Shown: positions 7,742 to 18,191 of the stretch, one piece after another
Numbering within the stretch: position 1 is the stretch's first letter
Layout of the letters: every line of letters starts with the position of its first letter
Origin: Pseudodesulfovibrio piezophilus C1TLV30
Lineage (GTDB): Bacteria > Desulfobacterota > Desulfovibrionia > Desulfovibrionales > Desulfovibrionaceae
NCBI RefSeq assembly: GCF_000341895.1
Contig: NC_020409.1
Coordinates: forward strand, 1,890,001 to 1,922,000
Length of the DNA stretch: 32,000 bases
Direction: 5' to 3'
Notes under the pieces: generated by a model
The model's database searches: none
The model's input: only the letters and a program-made list of their open reading frames with translations
What the model was told of the DNA's origin: nothing
Made by a program: the position numbers and the translations under genes

Positions 7742-8908
7742 ATGAAACCGAAATCATACAATATATTGATGTATTCCCATGACACGTACGGTCTGGGACA
7801 CATCCGCCGCACCATGGCCATTGCGGGCAGCCTTGTTCGCCCTGGGGTCAATATTCTCATTGTCACAGGTTCCCCCATTGTCGGACGCTATACCATGCCC
7901 AGTGGAGTGGACTTCGTCCGTATGCCGGGTATGATCAAGAAAACCAACACGATCTACGTCCCGCATTCCATCAAGGTGGACCCGAAGATAGCCATCACCA
8001 TTCGCAAGAACATCATCCTCTCCACAGCCAAGGCATTCAAACCCGATCTTTTTATTGTGGATAAAGTGCCTTCCGGTCTGAAAAATGAAGTCCTGCCGAC
8101 GCTCAAATGGATCAGGAAGAATCTCCCTTCGACCCGCGCAGTACTCGGACTGAGAGATATTCTCGATGACGCCCGGTCCACACAGGCGGACTGGAAGCGA
8201 AAAAAATTCCCCGAAATTCTCCGAGACCTCTACTCCGAAGTCTGGGTCTACGGAGACAAAGCTCTCTACGACCCGATCGTCGAGTATGCCTTTCCCGATG
8301 ACATCGCGGAAAAAACAGTCTTCACCGGCTACATCCCACGCAAGGTGCCCAAGCACCGAAAAGTCAGACGAAAGCACAAGCAGGTCGTGGTGACCATCGG
8401 CGGCGGCGGAGACGGGTACACCGTCCTCGATAATTATCTCAAGATGCTTGAGACCAACGGCACTGTGGATTTCAAAACCCTGATGATAACCGGACCGTTC
8501 CTTGACCCGGATCGGCTTGATGAACTGGCAGATCGCGCTCGCGCCCTCAAGGTCCAGATCAAACCGTTCGTCAAGAATCTGGAGAAACGCATGGCCGCAG
8601 CTGATCTGGTCGTGACCATGGGCGGCTACAACACCCTGTGCGAAATCCTTTCGCTCAGGAAACCAGCATTGGTCATTCCGCGCGATAATCCCAGGCAGGA
8701 GCAATTGCTCCGGGCCAGGGTTTTCAAAAGCCACGGCCTCTGCGATTATATCAAATGGGACAACGCTACCCCTGAAATGCTTCGAGAAAAAGTCCACGCC
8801 CTCCTCACGGACTCCACCCGATGCGTGGCCGAACTTGAGCAATTCCGTATGACCGGCCTTGATGTCATGCGGCAGCGGCTTACCCATTTCCGAGAGTGTG
8901 ACGAGTGA
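7742..8908 (+). CDS. GT-B glycosyltransferase of the 'predicted glycosyltransferase' (COG4671-like / GT28 C-terminal domain) type
   Basis: ORF 7679..8908 (GTG) trimmed to ATG 7742, giving MKPKSYNILMYSHDTYGLGHIRRTMAIA. This N-terminal Y-S-H-D-x-x-G-L-G-H motif is what I recall for that family. GGGGDG and MGGYNT appear in the C-terminal half. Confidence 0.7.
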   Translation: MKPKSYNILMYSHDTYGLGHIRRTMAIAGSLVRPGVNILIVTGSPIVGRYTMPSGVDFVRMPGMIKKTNTIYVPHSIKVDPKIAITIRKNIILSTAKAFKPDLFIVDKVPSGLKNEVLPTLKWIRKNLPSTRAVLGLRDILDDARSTQADWKRKKFPEILRDLYSEVWVYGDKALYDPIVEYAFPDDIAEKTVFTGYIPRKVPKHRKVRRKHKQVVVTIGGGGDGYTVLDNYLKMLETNGTVDFKTLMITGPFLDPDRLDELADRARALKVQIKPFVKNLEKRMAAADLVVTMGGYNTLCEILSLRKPALVIPRDNPRQEQLLRARVFKSHGLCDYIKWDNATPEMLREKVHALLTDSTRCVAELEQFRMTGLDVMRQRLTHFRECDE

Positions 8909-10179
8909 CAGATTCCTCCCCCAAAGGGAAAACCCTCGGCATGGTGCTGAAAGGGTATCCCCGAATTTCCGAGACCTTTATTTCCAATGAAATTCGTCTG
9001 CTCGAAGAAATGGGGTTTACCATCCATATCTACTCCATGCGAGCGCCCAGAGAAAACTTTACCCACGATTCAATCAAATCGATCAAGGCCAAGGTTACTT
9101 ACCTGCCCTCATCGATGATCCTGGGGCTCCCAGCCCTGCTCTGGTATAACCTACGCCTTTTCTTCCGTAGACCTGGCCGGTATTGGCGATGCCTCAAACT
9201 CATGAAGACCCGTTTTCGCCTGGCTCCCAAGAAGCACACATGGCTCAAACATATGCTCCAGGCCGGGTATATCATGCAGAAATCCGTTCTTGATCAGGGG
9301 GTCGACCTCGGGCACATCCACGGACACTTTGCCCATACGCCGACCACGGTAACGATGTACGCCGCAGCCTTGGCGGATGTGCCTTTTTCTTTCACCGCCC
9401 ATGCCAAGGATATCTACACCCAGGACCCTCGCCGTATTGAAGACAAGATAGACCTCGCCAAATTCGTCGTGACATGCACCCGATACAATGAAGGGTATCT
9501 GTCTCGGTTCTCGAAGAACGGCAAACCCATTCATTGCGTTTACCACGGCATCAATCTTGATCTTTTTTCGCCCAATGGACGGACGACCGGGGCGACCAAA
9601 CCGTATCAAATTCTCACAGTGGCCCGCTTTGTGGAAAAAAAGGGACTCGACACCATCCTGCATGCCCTGGCCCGGCTTCGCGATGCTGGTCTTGAATTTC
9701 ATTATACCCTGGTCGGGGAAGGAAAATCCGGCTTCAACCGCACTCTTCGCGCCCTGATCACAGAACTGGGTTTGGATGATGTCATGACCCTGCCGGGAAC
9801 CATCACCCATGATGAAGTGATCAGACTTCTGGGCAACGCCGATTGTTTCACTCTCGGATGCCGGGAAGCAAGCGACGGAGACCGGGACGGTATTCCCAAC
9901 GTCGTGGCGGAAGCCATGGCAACCGGTGTCCCGGTTGTCGCCACAGACGTGTCCGGGGTGCCGGAACTTGTGGAGCACGAGAGCACCGGTCTGCTCTGCC
10001 CGGCCAACGATCCCAAGGCGCTTGCCGTTATTCTTCAGAGAATGTTGACAGACCAAACCCTTCGCGCTCAGGTCATTCCGGCTGCCCGCGACAAGGTCCA
10101 TGCAGTCTTCGACAACAAAAAACTCATTCATGACCTGGGAGATATCTATTTGGCCCATGGAGTCCCCTGCGAGCGGTAA
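8905..10179 (+). CDS. GT4-family (GT-B) glycosyltransferase, WcaL-like N-terminus
   Basis: The GTG start overlaps the upstream stop as GTGA (8905-8908); the alternative start is ATG 8941. YPRISETFISNEI lies at the N-terminus, and DGIPNVVAEAMATGVPVVATDVSGVPELV is the GT4 E-x7-E region. Confidence 0.8.
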   Translation: MTDSSPKGKTLGMVLKGYPRISETFISNEIRLLEEMGFTIHIYSMRAPRENFTHDSIKSIKAKVTYLPSSMILGLPALLWYNLRLFFRRPGRYWRCLKLMKTRFRLAPKKHTWLKHMLQAGYIMQKSVLDQGVDLGHIHGHFAHTPTTVTMYAAALADVPFSFTAHAKDIYTQDPRRIEDKIDLAKFVVTCTRYNEGYLSRFSKNGKPIHCVYHGINLDLFSPNGRTTGATKPYQILTVARFVEKKGLDTILHALARLRDAGLEFHYTLVGEGKSGFNRTLRALITELGLDDVMTLPGTITHDEVIRLLGNADCFTLGCREASDGDRDGIPNVVAEAMATGVPVVATDVSGVPELVEHESTGLLCPANDPKALAVILQRMLTDQTLRAQVIPAARDKVHAVFDNKKLIHDLGDIYLAHGVPCER

Positions 10180-10256
10180 TTGCACAAACAAGCTCTTTGA
10201 AACGCTCGTGTCTCTGCACAGGGAGCCCCCCGCCCGAGCTTCGTTGAAAACAAAAA

Positions 10257-10295
10257 GGGCCGGAACTCTCATCAAGTTCCGGCCCTTTTTGTTTT
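10257..10295. terminator. Bidirectional rho-independent terminator between the GT4 gene and folD
   Basis: GGGCCGGAACT-ctcatca-AGTTCCGGCCC (11-bp perfect stem), flanked by AAAACAAAAA upstream and TTTTTGTTTT downstream. Confidence 0.85.
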
Positions 10296-10307
10296 CAGTA
10301 TCTTGAA

Positions 10308-11165
10308 CTATGCACCGACATGCAGCTTGAATGCCTCAAGTGTGTTGACCATCAACTGAGCGATGGTCATGGGGCCGACGCCCCCTGGAACGGGGGTCAT
10401 GGCATGGACCTTGTCCTTCAGGGCTTCAAAATCGCAATCACCGGCCAACCCTTCATCTGTTCGATTGATACCGACATCAACCACGACCGCTCCTTCCTTG
10501 ACCATATCGGCAGTGACAAAATTTGGTGTGCCAATGGCCGCAAAAATAAAATCCGCCTCCAGGCATTCAGCCTTGAGGTCAGCGGTACGCGAATGACAGA
10601 GCGTCACCGTTGCATTGGCGCAGGGTCCGGCCTGAGAAAGCATCATGGCAAGGGGCTTGCCCACAATGTTCGAGCGCCCGATGACAACAGCCTTTTTGCA
10701 CGCAGGGTCAAGGTTGTAACGCTTAAGCAGGTTGATGACTCCTGCGGGGGTACACGGTTTGAATCCAGGCAGCCCGAGACTCATTTTACCGACGTTGACC
10801 GGATGAAAACCGTCCACATCCTTATTGGGATCGATCAGATCAAGAATTTTCTGAGAATCAAGCCCCTTGGGTAACGGCAATTGGACCAGGATACCATCCA
10901 CGTTGACATCACGGTTCAATTCCTGAATCAACCCCTCAAGTTCATGCTGTGTCGCTGTCTCAAGACGATGTGGAATGGACAGGATACCACAGTCCTCACA
11001 AGCACGCTCCTTGTTGCGCACATAGACCTGACTGGCCGGGTCTTCCCCCACCAGCACCACAGCCAATCCCGGCTTACGCCCGAACTGAGCCTTCAGCGCA
11101 TCGGTTTCCTGTCTGATTTCAGCTCGAATAGTGGCTGATGTCTCTTTTCCGTCCAGAAGAATCAT
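10308..11165 (-). CDS. folD: Bifunctional methylenetetrahydrofolate dehydrogenase / methenyl-THF cyclohydrolase
   Basis: ORF 10308..11228 (GTG) trimmed to ATG 11165, which is preceded by AGGAGcagac. [17 protein letters not shown]..., [29 protein letters not shown] and PGGVGPMT are classic FolD blocks. Confidence 0.93.
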   Translation of the reverse strand: MILLDGKETSATIRAEIRQETDALKAQFGRKPGLAVVLVGEDPASQVYVRNKERACEDCGILSIPHRLETATQHELEGLIQELNRDVNVDGILVQLPLPKGLDSQKILDLIDPNKDVDGFHPVNVGKMSLGLPGFKPCTPAGVINLLKRYNLDPACKKAVVIGRSNIVGKPLAMMLSQAGPCANATVTLCHSRTADLKAECLEADFIFAAIGTPNFVTADMVKEGAVVVDVGINRTDEGLAGDCDFEALKDKVHAMTPVPGGVGPMTIAQLMVNTLEAFKLHVGA

Positions 11166-11381
11166 GTCTGCTCCTGTGCCCCGTTTCCGCATCCCTTTGG
11201 GGACTTTGGTTACTGCGGTTGTGATCACGGTTATCCAGACGGCTCCGGTGCCATCTCCCTGGAATCCTTCAATCCGTTCATTTTAATCGGCCTCTCTCCT
11301 CCTGATACTCCCCGGTGCAAGTGGTCCCCTGCATCAGGACCGGAAGGACGCGGAGCTTCCTTCGATACCGGACGGCTGTGA

Positions 11382-11418
11382 CTCAAGAGAAAAGGCCGCT
11401 TCTCATGAAGCGGCCTTT
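11382..11418 (-). terminator. Rho-independent terminator of eno
   Basis: The minus strand reads AAAGGCCGCTTC-atga-GAAGCGGCCTTT followed by TCTCTT. Confidence 0.8.
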
Positions 11419-11434
11419 TCGTCAAGTCGACAGT

Positions 11435-12754
<1,320 letters not shown>

Positions 12755-13150
12755 TCATGCCCATGGAACGGCGAGATTCTAAACGAATTCTGCACAATGC
12801 TCAATTACCTTACGGCCGGGACACAAAAACACAGTTATTTTTTTACCCCACCCCATTGTCCCCCAAAACAAGATTCCATATGCTCGTATCATGTTAAAAA
12901 AAGAGACTCCTATTTTTAGAAGAATACTGAATGGATATCAAATCAACAAATTGAATTCATTAAGATTTTCATGGAATCTCACACTGTTTTTCTTGTGTTT
13001 GATTATTCAACGCGCAGCTTCACCACTATAACAGACTTGACAATATATGCATGTCTTCCTCTTCACCCACCGTATCCTCCTTCCCCAGGACATGCCACCT
13101 GTTACCTGTTTTTCAGTACGCACACCCGAACCGATACCATGGAGGTCTCC

Positions 13151-15025
13151 ATGAAACTCTCAACCAAACTCAGCCTTGGTTTCGCAACGTTATTGGCCTT
13201 GTTGCTTATCCTCGCCACAGTTGCCTACTTTTCAGTGGAAACATCCAGCAATGGGTTTGCAACATACCGTAATCTGGCCCGCAATACCAATCTGAGCGGA
13301 CGGCTCCAGGCAGATATGCTCATGGTCAGGATGAAAGTTAAAAACTTTATCATCCGAGGAAGCCAAAAGGATCTTGAAGAATACAAAACCTTCTTTGGCT
13401 CCATGATTTCTCTCATGGGCGCTGCCCAACAGGAGATCACCACCCCGGCCCGCGCACGACTCGTGGCAGCGGCGGCTGAACATGTCATGAATTATGGAGA
13501 AGCCTTCAAAAAGGTACACGGGTTTCGGACACAAAGAGATCATTTAGTTCACGACGTCCTCAACGCAAAAGGCCCGCGTATGGAACAGGATCTGACAGAA
13601 ATTCTGATTTCGGCAAAAGCGGATAATGATACGGAAGCCGCATTCACCTGCGGATTGGCCATGCGCAATCTGCTTCTGGCCCGCCTCTATGTCATCAAAT
13701 TCCTTGATGACAATTCCCAAACCTCCATAGACCGTGTTCACAAGGAAATGGATGAACTGCGTCGAGACCTTCAGGAACTGGACACATCACTCCAAAATCC
13801 TGAACGACGGCGTTTACTTGAAGAAGTTCGTGTCCTTTTCTCGGAATATTTTACTGCTTTCGATCGATTGACGGCAGTCATATTCGAACGAAATGACATT
13901 ATCACGAATACACTTGATCGGCTCGGTCCCACTATTGCGAACGATATTGAAAAAGTGAAACAATCCCTCATGAGTGATCAGGACACACTTGGCCCCAAAC
14001 TCCATCAGGCGAATCAACAGACTCTCATTATCGTTCTCCTGATCAGCCTTTTTGCGCTCGTGGTCGGCATTGGAACAGCAGCTTTCATCATCCGCAGCAT
14101 TACACGCCCGTTGCGTGCCGGGGTTGAACTGGCAAAGGCTGTTGCCAGCGGTGACCTAACCGTTGAAATCGATACCAGCCGCAATGATGAAATAGGCGCA
14201 CTGACACGGGCGCTGGATGAAATGATCGGACAACTGAAAACAGTGGTGACTGATGTTCGATCCGGTTCATCCAGTGTGGCTGGCGGGAGTGCCGAACTTT
14301 CAGGCACAGCGCAAAGCCTCGCGGAAAGCGCCACGGAACAGGCTTCCGCCATTGAGGAAATCTCAGCGTCCATCGAAGAAATGTCGAGTAATATCAGCCA
14401 AAATACAGAAAACGCAGTCTCGACTGAAAAGATAGCTTCTTCTGCCGCCCAGGAAGCCGGACAAAGTGGAAAGGCCGTTGCCGAAGCAGTCCTCGCCATG
14501 AAAGATATCGCAGGAAAAATCGGCATTATCGAGGAAATAGCGAGACAGACAAACCTGTTGGCGCTCAATGCAGCAATCGAGGCCGCCCGCGCCGGAGAAA
14601 ATGGAAAAGGATTCGCAGTCGTCGCTGCCGAGGTTCGAAAACTTGCCGAACGAAGCGGACAGGCCGCCGGCGAAATCAGCGGTCTCTCCAACGCCACGGT
14701 CACCGCTGCCGAACAGGCCGGAGTCATGCTGGAACATCTTGTCCCGAATATCCTGAAAACTGCGGAATTGGTGCAGGAAATCAGTACGGCAAGCAGCGAA
14801 CAGAATATCGGAGCGAAACAGATCAATAAAGCCATCAACCAACTGGACACCGTCATTCAACACAATGCATGTGCGGCTGAAGAAATGGCGAGCACCAGCG
14901 AAGAACTTTCAGCCCAAAGCCATCATCTTGAAAAGGCCATCTCCTTCTTCCGATCAACAGCCGCCCCACATACTATGCTTCAGCCCCCCAGACAGGGGCA
15001 AGAGAACGATTCTGCTCGGTATTGA
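13151..15025 (+). CDS. Methyl-accepting chemotaxis protein, long all-helical periplasmic sensor, HAMP, no C-terminal tether motif (MCP-1)
   Basis: ORF 12971..15025 trimmed to ATG 13151, with GGAGG at 13141-13145 five nt upstream. [21 protein letters not shown] forms TM1, and a second TM lies near residue 300 of the trimmed protein. The signalling hairpin [42 protein letters not shown] is present. Confidence 0.9.
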   Translation: MKLSTKLSLGFATLLALLLILATVAYFSVETSSNGFATYRNLARNTNLSGRLQADMLMVRMKVKNFIIRGSQKDLEEYKTFFGSMISLMGAAQQEITTPARARLVAAAAEHVMNYGEAFKKVHGFRTQRDHLVHDVLNAKGPRMEQDLTEILISAKADNDTEAAFTCGLAMRNLLLARLYVIKFLDDNSQTSIDRVHKEMDELRRDLQELDTSLQNPERRRLLEEVRVLFSEYFTAFDRLTAVIFERNDIITNTLDRLGPTIANDIEKVKQSLMSDQDTLGPKLHQANQQTLIIVLLISLFALVVGIGTAAFIIRSITRPLRAGVELAKAVASGDLTVEIDTSRNDEIGALTRALDEMIGQLKTVVTDVRSGSSSVAGGSAELSGTAQSLAESATEQASAIEEISASIEEMSSNISQNTENAVSTEKIASSAAQEAGQSGKAVAEAVLAMKDIAGKIGIIEEIARQTNLLALNAAIEAARAGENGKGFAVVAAEVRKLAERSGQAAGEISGLSNATVTAAEQAGVMLEHLVPNILKTAELVQEISTASSEQNIGAKQINKAINQLDTVIQHNACAAEEMASTSEELSAQSHHLEKAISFFRSTAAPHTMLQPPRQGQENDSARY

Positions 15026-15087
15026 TGAGCCTCTGAACACTTTGCATCCTTAAAAACTGAAGAAGAGGATGTCCCAGGAATCCCTGT

Positions 15088-15128
15088 GAAAACTCCGACC
15101 GGTCGCCCGCTCGGAGTTTTCACGCTTT
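15088..15128 (+). terminator. Rho-independent terminator of MCP-1
   Basis: GAAAACTCCGA-(12-nt loop)-TCGGAGTTTTC followed by ACGCTTT. Confidence 0.65.
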
Positions 15129-15250
15129 GACAGTCCATTACCCACTTCTGAAATCCGCATTGCATTATATTTTTCAAATATCATTTGCCCCATACCTTTC
15201 TCAGGTAAAGTTCACAGTGAAAAGAGATAACCCTGAGAGAGGACCGTGAA

Positions 15251-17215
15251 ATGAAATTAGCCAGTAAATTGTATTTGGGATTTGGTTCCGTGCTCTGCCT
15301 ACTCCTGATTCTTGCAGGAGTCTCCCTCTGGGCCTTAGAAAATTCGAGTAACGGTTTTCTGCGATACCGGGGACTGGCTCGCGATTCAAACCTCAGCGGC
15401 AGACTTCAGGCAAATATGCTGATGGTTCGCATGAACGTGAAGGATTTCATCCTCTCGGGCAGCGAAGAGGACAAACAGGAGTACAATGACTATTTCATGA
15501 AAATGAAAGAGTTTATGGAGGCTGCGCACAAAGGCATCGATAATCCGGGACGGGCCGGGCTTATTGATGATGCGGACAGCCTTGTCGCTCAATACGGAAA
15601 ATATTTTGAGGAAATAATTCAGTACAGGGCCGAAAGAGATCACCTCGTCAACAACGTACTGAATGACCTTGGCCCGAAGATGGAAAAAGGTCTGACTAAA
15701 ATCCTGACAACGGCGAAGCTGGATAACGATATGGAATCTGCCTATCGAAGCGGTCTGGCAATGCGGAACCTTCTTCTGGCCCGACTTTACGTAATGAAAT
15801 TTCTGGACGACAATTCCCGGCCATGCATCGAACGTGTTCGAAAGGAAATAAAGGAATTCAGCCAGGAGATGTTCACACTCCAAGGGAATCTCCGGAACCC
15901 TGAACGTCGTAAAATCCTTGCAGACGTCATGGAAATGCAAACCACTTACAATGAAGCGTTTGAGATGGTGACCAAGATAATCGGCAGACGCAACAAGGTT
16001 ATAAACGAGAATCTGGATAGCCTCGGCCCGGCCATTGCACAGAATGTGGAAAAGGTGAAACTCTCCATCATAGAGGATCAAAACGCACTCGGTCCAGAGC
16101 TTCAATCGACCAATGACAGAACAACGATGTTCCTGATTATCATAGGCCTTCTGGCTACAATCGTTGGTCTGGGCACTGCTTTCCTCATTATCAGGACCAC
16201 CCAACACCAATTGGGTCAGGACCCGGCAGAGATCGCCGGTATCGCGAAGAGCATCGCTCAAGGGAACCTTGATCTGGACCTTGATGCCCAAGCTGTCGGG
16301 GTTTATGGCGACATGCGAGACATGGCTGCCAAGCTCACCGAGGTGGTCACCAGTGTCAGAGTCAGTTCATCCAATGTCGCAAGCGGAAGCAATGAGCTTT
16401 CCTCATCAGCACAAATGCTCTCGCAGGGAGCCACCGAACAGGCCGCAGCTGTTGAGGAAGTGTCAGCATCCGTCGAACAGATGGCTGGGAATATCCGCCA
16501 GAACACTGAAAACGCCATTACGACGGAAGAAATAGCCAAGACCTCGGCCCGAGATGCCGGAGAAAGCGGAACCGCAGTCACCGAGGCCGTCAGTGCCATG
16601 AAGAATATTGCAGAGAAGATTTCTATTATCGAGGAAATAGCCCGACAAACCAATCTGCTGGCGCTCAATGCAGCCATTGAAGCAGCTCGGGCCGGAGAAC
16701 ACGGCAAGGGATTTGCCGTTGTCGCTGCCGAGGTTCGCAAGTTGGCCGAACGGAGTGGGCAGGCCGCTGGTGAGATCAGTCAACTATCCACGACATCGGT
16801 GGATATAGCTGAACGTGCCGGAAAAATGTTGGACACCCTGGTCCCCAATATTCGCCGAACCGCCGAGCTGGTCCAACAGATCGCAACAGCGAGTAATGAA
16901 CAAAATACCGGAGCGGAAGAGATTAATCGAGCCATGTCCCAACTTGATACCGTCATTCAACAAAACGCCTCGGCAGCCGAGGAAATGGCCAGCACAAGCG
17001 AGGAGCTTTCCGGCCAGAGTCAACATCTTGAACAGACGATCGCTTTCTTCCAGGTACGCCATGCAAACCGAGGCTCCAGGGGTGTTTCTGTTGTTCCGCC
17101 CAACAGCGTCGCTTTGCCTTCCCCACCAACGAAGACTCATACAGCAAAGACGGTGGCTCCCTCAGGCTCCGGGCTTGAGCTGGATATGGATGACGGAGAA
17201 TTTGAACGTTTCTAA
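15251..17215 (+). CDS. Methyl-accepting chemotaxis protein, paralogue of MCP-1 with C-terminal linker and EFERF tail (MCP-2)
   Basis: 654 aa. The sensor region is collinear with MCP-1 (for example [21 protein letters not shown] versus [21 protein letters not shown], and [22 protein letters not shown] in both). It has the same signalling hairpin and ends ...[13 protein letters not shown]. Confidence 0.92.
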   Translation: MKLASKLYLGFGSVLCLLLILAGVSLWALENSSNGFLRYRGLARDSNLSGRLQANMLMVRMNVKDFILSGSEEDKQEYNDYFMKMKEFMEAAHKGIDNPGRAGLIDDADSLVAQYGKYFEEIIQYRAERDHLVNNVLNDLGPKMEKGLTKILTTAKLDNDMESAYRSGLAMRNLLLARLYVMKFLDDNSRPCIERVRKEIKEFSQEMFTLQGNLRNPERRKILADVMEMQTTYNEAFEMVTKIIGRRNKVINENLDSLGPAIAQNVEKVKLSIIEDQNALGPELQSTNDRTTMFLIIIGLLATIVGLGTAFLIIRTTQHQLGQDPAEIAGIAKSIAQGNLDLDLDAQAVGVYGDMRDMAAKLTEVVTSVRVSSSNVASGSNELSSSAQMLSQGATEQAAAVEEVSASVEQMAGNIRQNTENAITTEEIAKTSARDAGESGTAVTEAVSAMKNIAEKISIIEEIARQTNLLALNAAIEAARAGEHGKGFAVVAAEVRKLAERSGQAAGEISQLSTTSVDIAERAGKMLDTLVPNIRRTAELVQQIATASNEQNTGAEEINRAMSQLDTVIQQNASAAEEMASTSEELSGQSQHLEQTIAFFQVRHANRGSRGVSVVPPNSVALPSPPTKTHTAKTVAPSGSGLELDMDDGEFERF

Positions 17216-17245
17216 AAGAGACCTGACAGACTGAAGAACTCATGG

Positions 17246-17285
17246 CAGCGCCCCAACTCTGAGAAGAGATGGGGCGCTTTCAAAT
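17246..17285 (+). terminator. Hairpin terminator after MCP-2 (convergent with coaX)
   Basis: AGCGCCCCA-(14-nt loop)-TGGGGCGCT followed by TTTCAAATC. The T-tract is weak. Confidence 0.5.
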
Positions 17286-17320
17286 CAAATATACCGAAAT
17301 TACTAAAAGTTATTTTTCTC

Positions 17321-18094
17321 TCATTCATGATTGGAATACGCCAGCCACAATCCTTCCATGACCAACTCCGGACGAATCTGATCAATACGACGACTGACTT
17401 GCGCAACATTACGTGCCAAACCGCCTGTTGCGACGACAAAGGGATCTTCCATCTTCTCCGACAGCTTTTCGACAAGACCGTCAACCATGGACCCGAAACC
17501 GAAGACAAGCCCCTGATTGAGACACTCTTCCGTAGTCGTTCCCCATGACAGAGTCTTATTATGTATCTCGAGATCAACTTTAGGCAACTTTGCCGTGCCG
17601 CTCGCCAAGGCTGCTGTCGAAGAAAGAACACCGGGACAAATCAATCCGCCCTTGAAGGCGCTCCCTTTGACACAGGCCAGAGTCGTAGCGGTTCCAAAAT
17701 CAATAACAATTATATTTTCAGACTCATGCATCATGCGTGCGGCGAGGCATCCAACCAGGATATCCGCGCCGACCTGCTCGGGGCGAGCATAGCAATTTTC
17801 CAAAGCAATCTTGAGAGTCCGTCCTGCAAAAAGGGCATCACAATCGAAAAAACGACGGGCCATGCTTGAGATCAACGGGTCCAGCGGAGGGACGACGGAA
17901 GAGATGACACACGCCTCGACATCTCTTGAGGTGACTCCTTCTCGAGCCAGAATGGCCTCGATCTTGATACCCCAGTCATCAGCCGTGTTGGCCGGTCGTG
18001 TCGGGAGGGTATAACTTGTTCCGAGACCTTTTTCGTCAGCCAGGCAAATCTTTGTATTGGTATTTCCTGCGTCAAAGAGCAGTGTTGTTCCCAT
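17321..18094 (-). CDS. coaX: Type III pantothenate kinase
   Basis: 257 aa. MGTTLLFDAGNTNTK (DxGNT phosphate-1 motif), IVIDFGTATT, VVATGG. SD AAAGGAG is upstream. Confidence 0.9.
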   Translation of the reverse strand: MGTTLLFDAGNTNTKICLADEKGLGTSYTLPTRPANTADDWGIKIEAILAREGVTSRDVEACVISSVVPPLDPLISSMARRFFDCDALFAGRTLKIALENCYARPEQVGADILVGCLAARMMHESENIIVIDFGTATTLACVKGSAFKGGLICPGVLSSTAALASGTAKLPKVDLEIHNKTLSWGTTTEECLNQGLVFGFGSMVDGLVEKLSEKMEDPFVVATGGLARNVAQVSRRIDQIRPELVMEGLWLAYSNHE

Positions 18095-18132
18095 GATCGT
18101 CTCCTTTCACGGAATACCTACCTGTTTCCGGG

Positions 18133-18169
18133 CAAAAGACAAGGCCCGCATCCACAGGGATACGGGCCT
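18133..18169 (-). terminator. Rho-independent terminator of MCP-3
   Basis: The minus strand reads AGGCCCGTATCC-ctgt-GGATGCGGGCCT (12 bp with one G-U) followed by TGTCTTTTG. Confidence 0.75.
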
Positions 18170-18191
18170 GCCTCATTCCCTGAACGCCACT

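Noticed and set aside
7754-10275. Long minus-strand ORFs 7754..8887 (377 aa) and 9151..10275 (374 aa)
   Set aside because: They are antisense to the two glycosyltransferase genes, which carry family motifs and overlapping start/stop coupling. The antisense products have no motifs. ORF 9151..10275 also reads through the bidirectional terminator.
11231-11425. 64-aa minus-strand ORF between eno and folD
   Set aside because: It spans the eno terminator hairpin, has no SD and is Pro/Arg/Gly-rich. The folD N-terminal extension to GTG 11228 is rejected for the same reason, in favour of ATG 11165 with AGGAG.
12971-13150. 60-codon N-terminal extension of MCP-1 in the track ORF
   Set aside because: GGAGG at 13141-13145 sits 5 nt before ATG 13151, and the product then starts MKLSTKL..., matching the paralogue's MKLASKL... 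The upstream codons are AT-rich promoter-like DNA.
15206-15230. Sigma28-like TAAAGTTC-N9-AGAGATAA upstream of MCP-2
   Set aside because: The spacing is 2 nt short of the TAAA-N15-GCCGATAA consensus and the -10 matches only GATAA. The implied TSS would also fall inside the SD (GAGAGAGG, 15235-15242), so it is not credible as a promoter.
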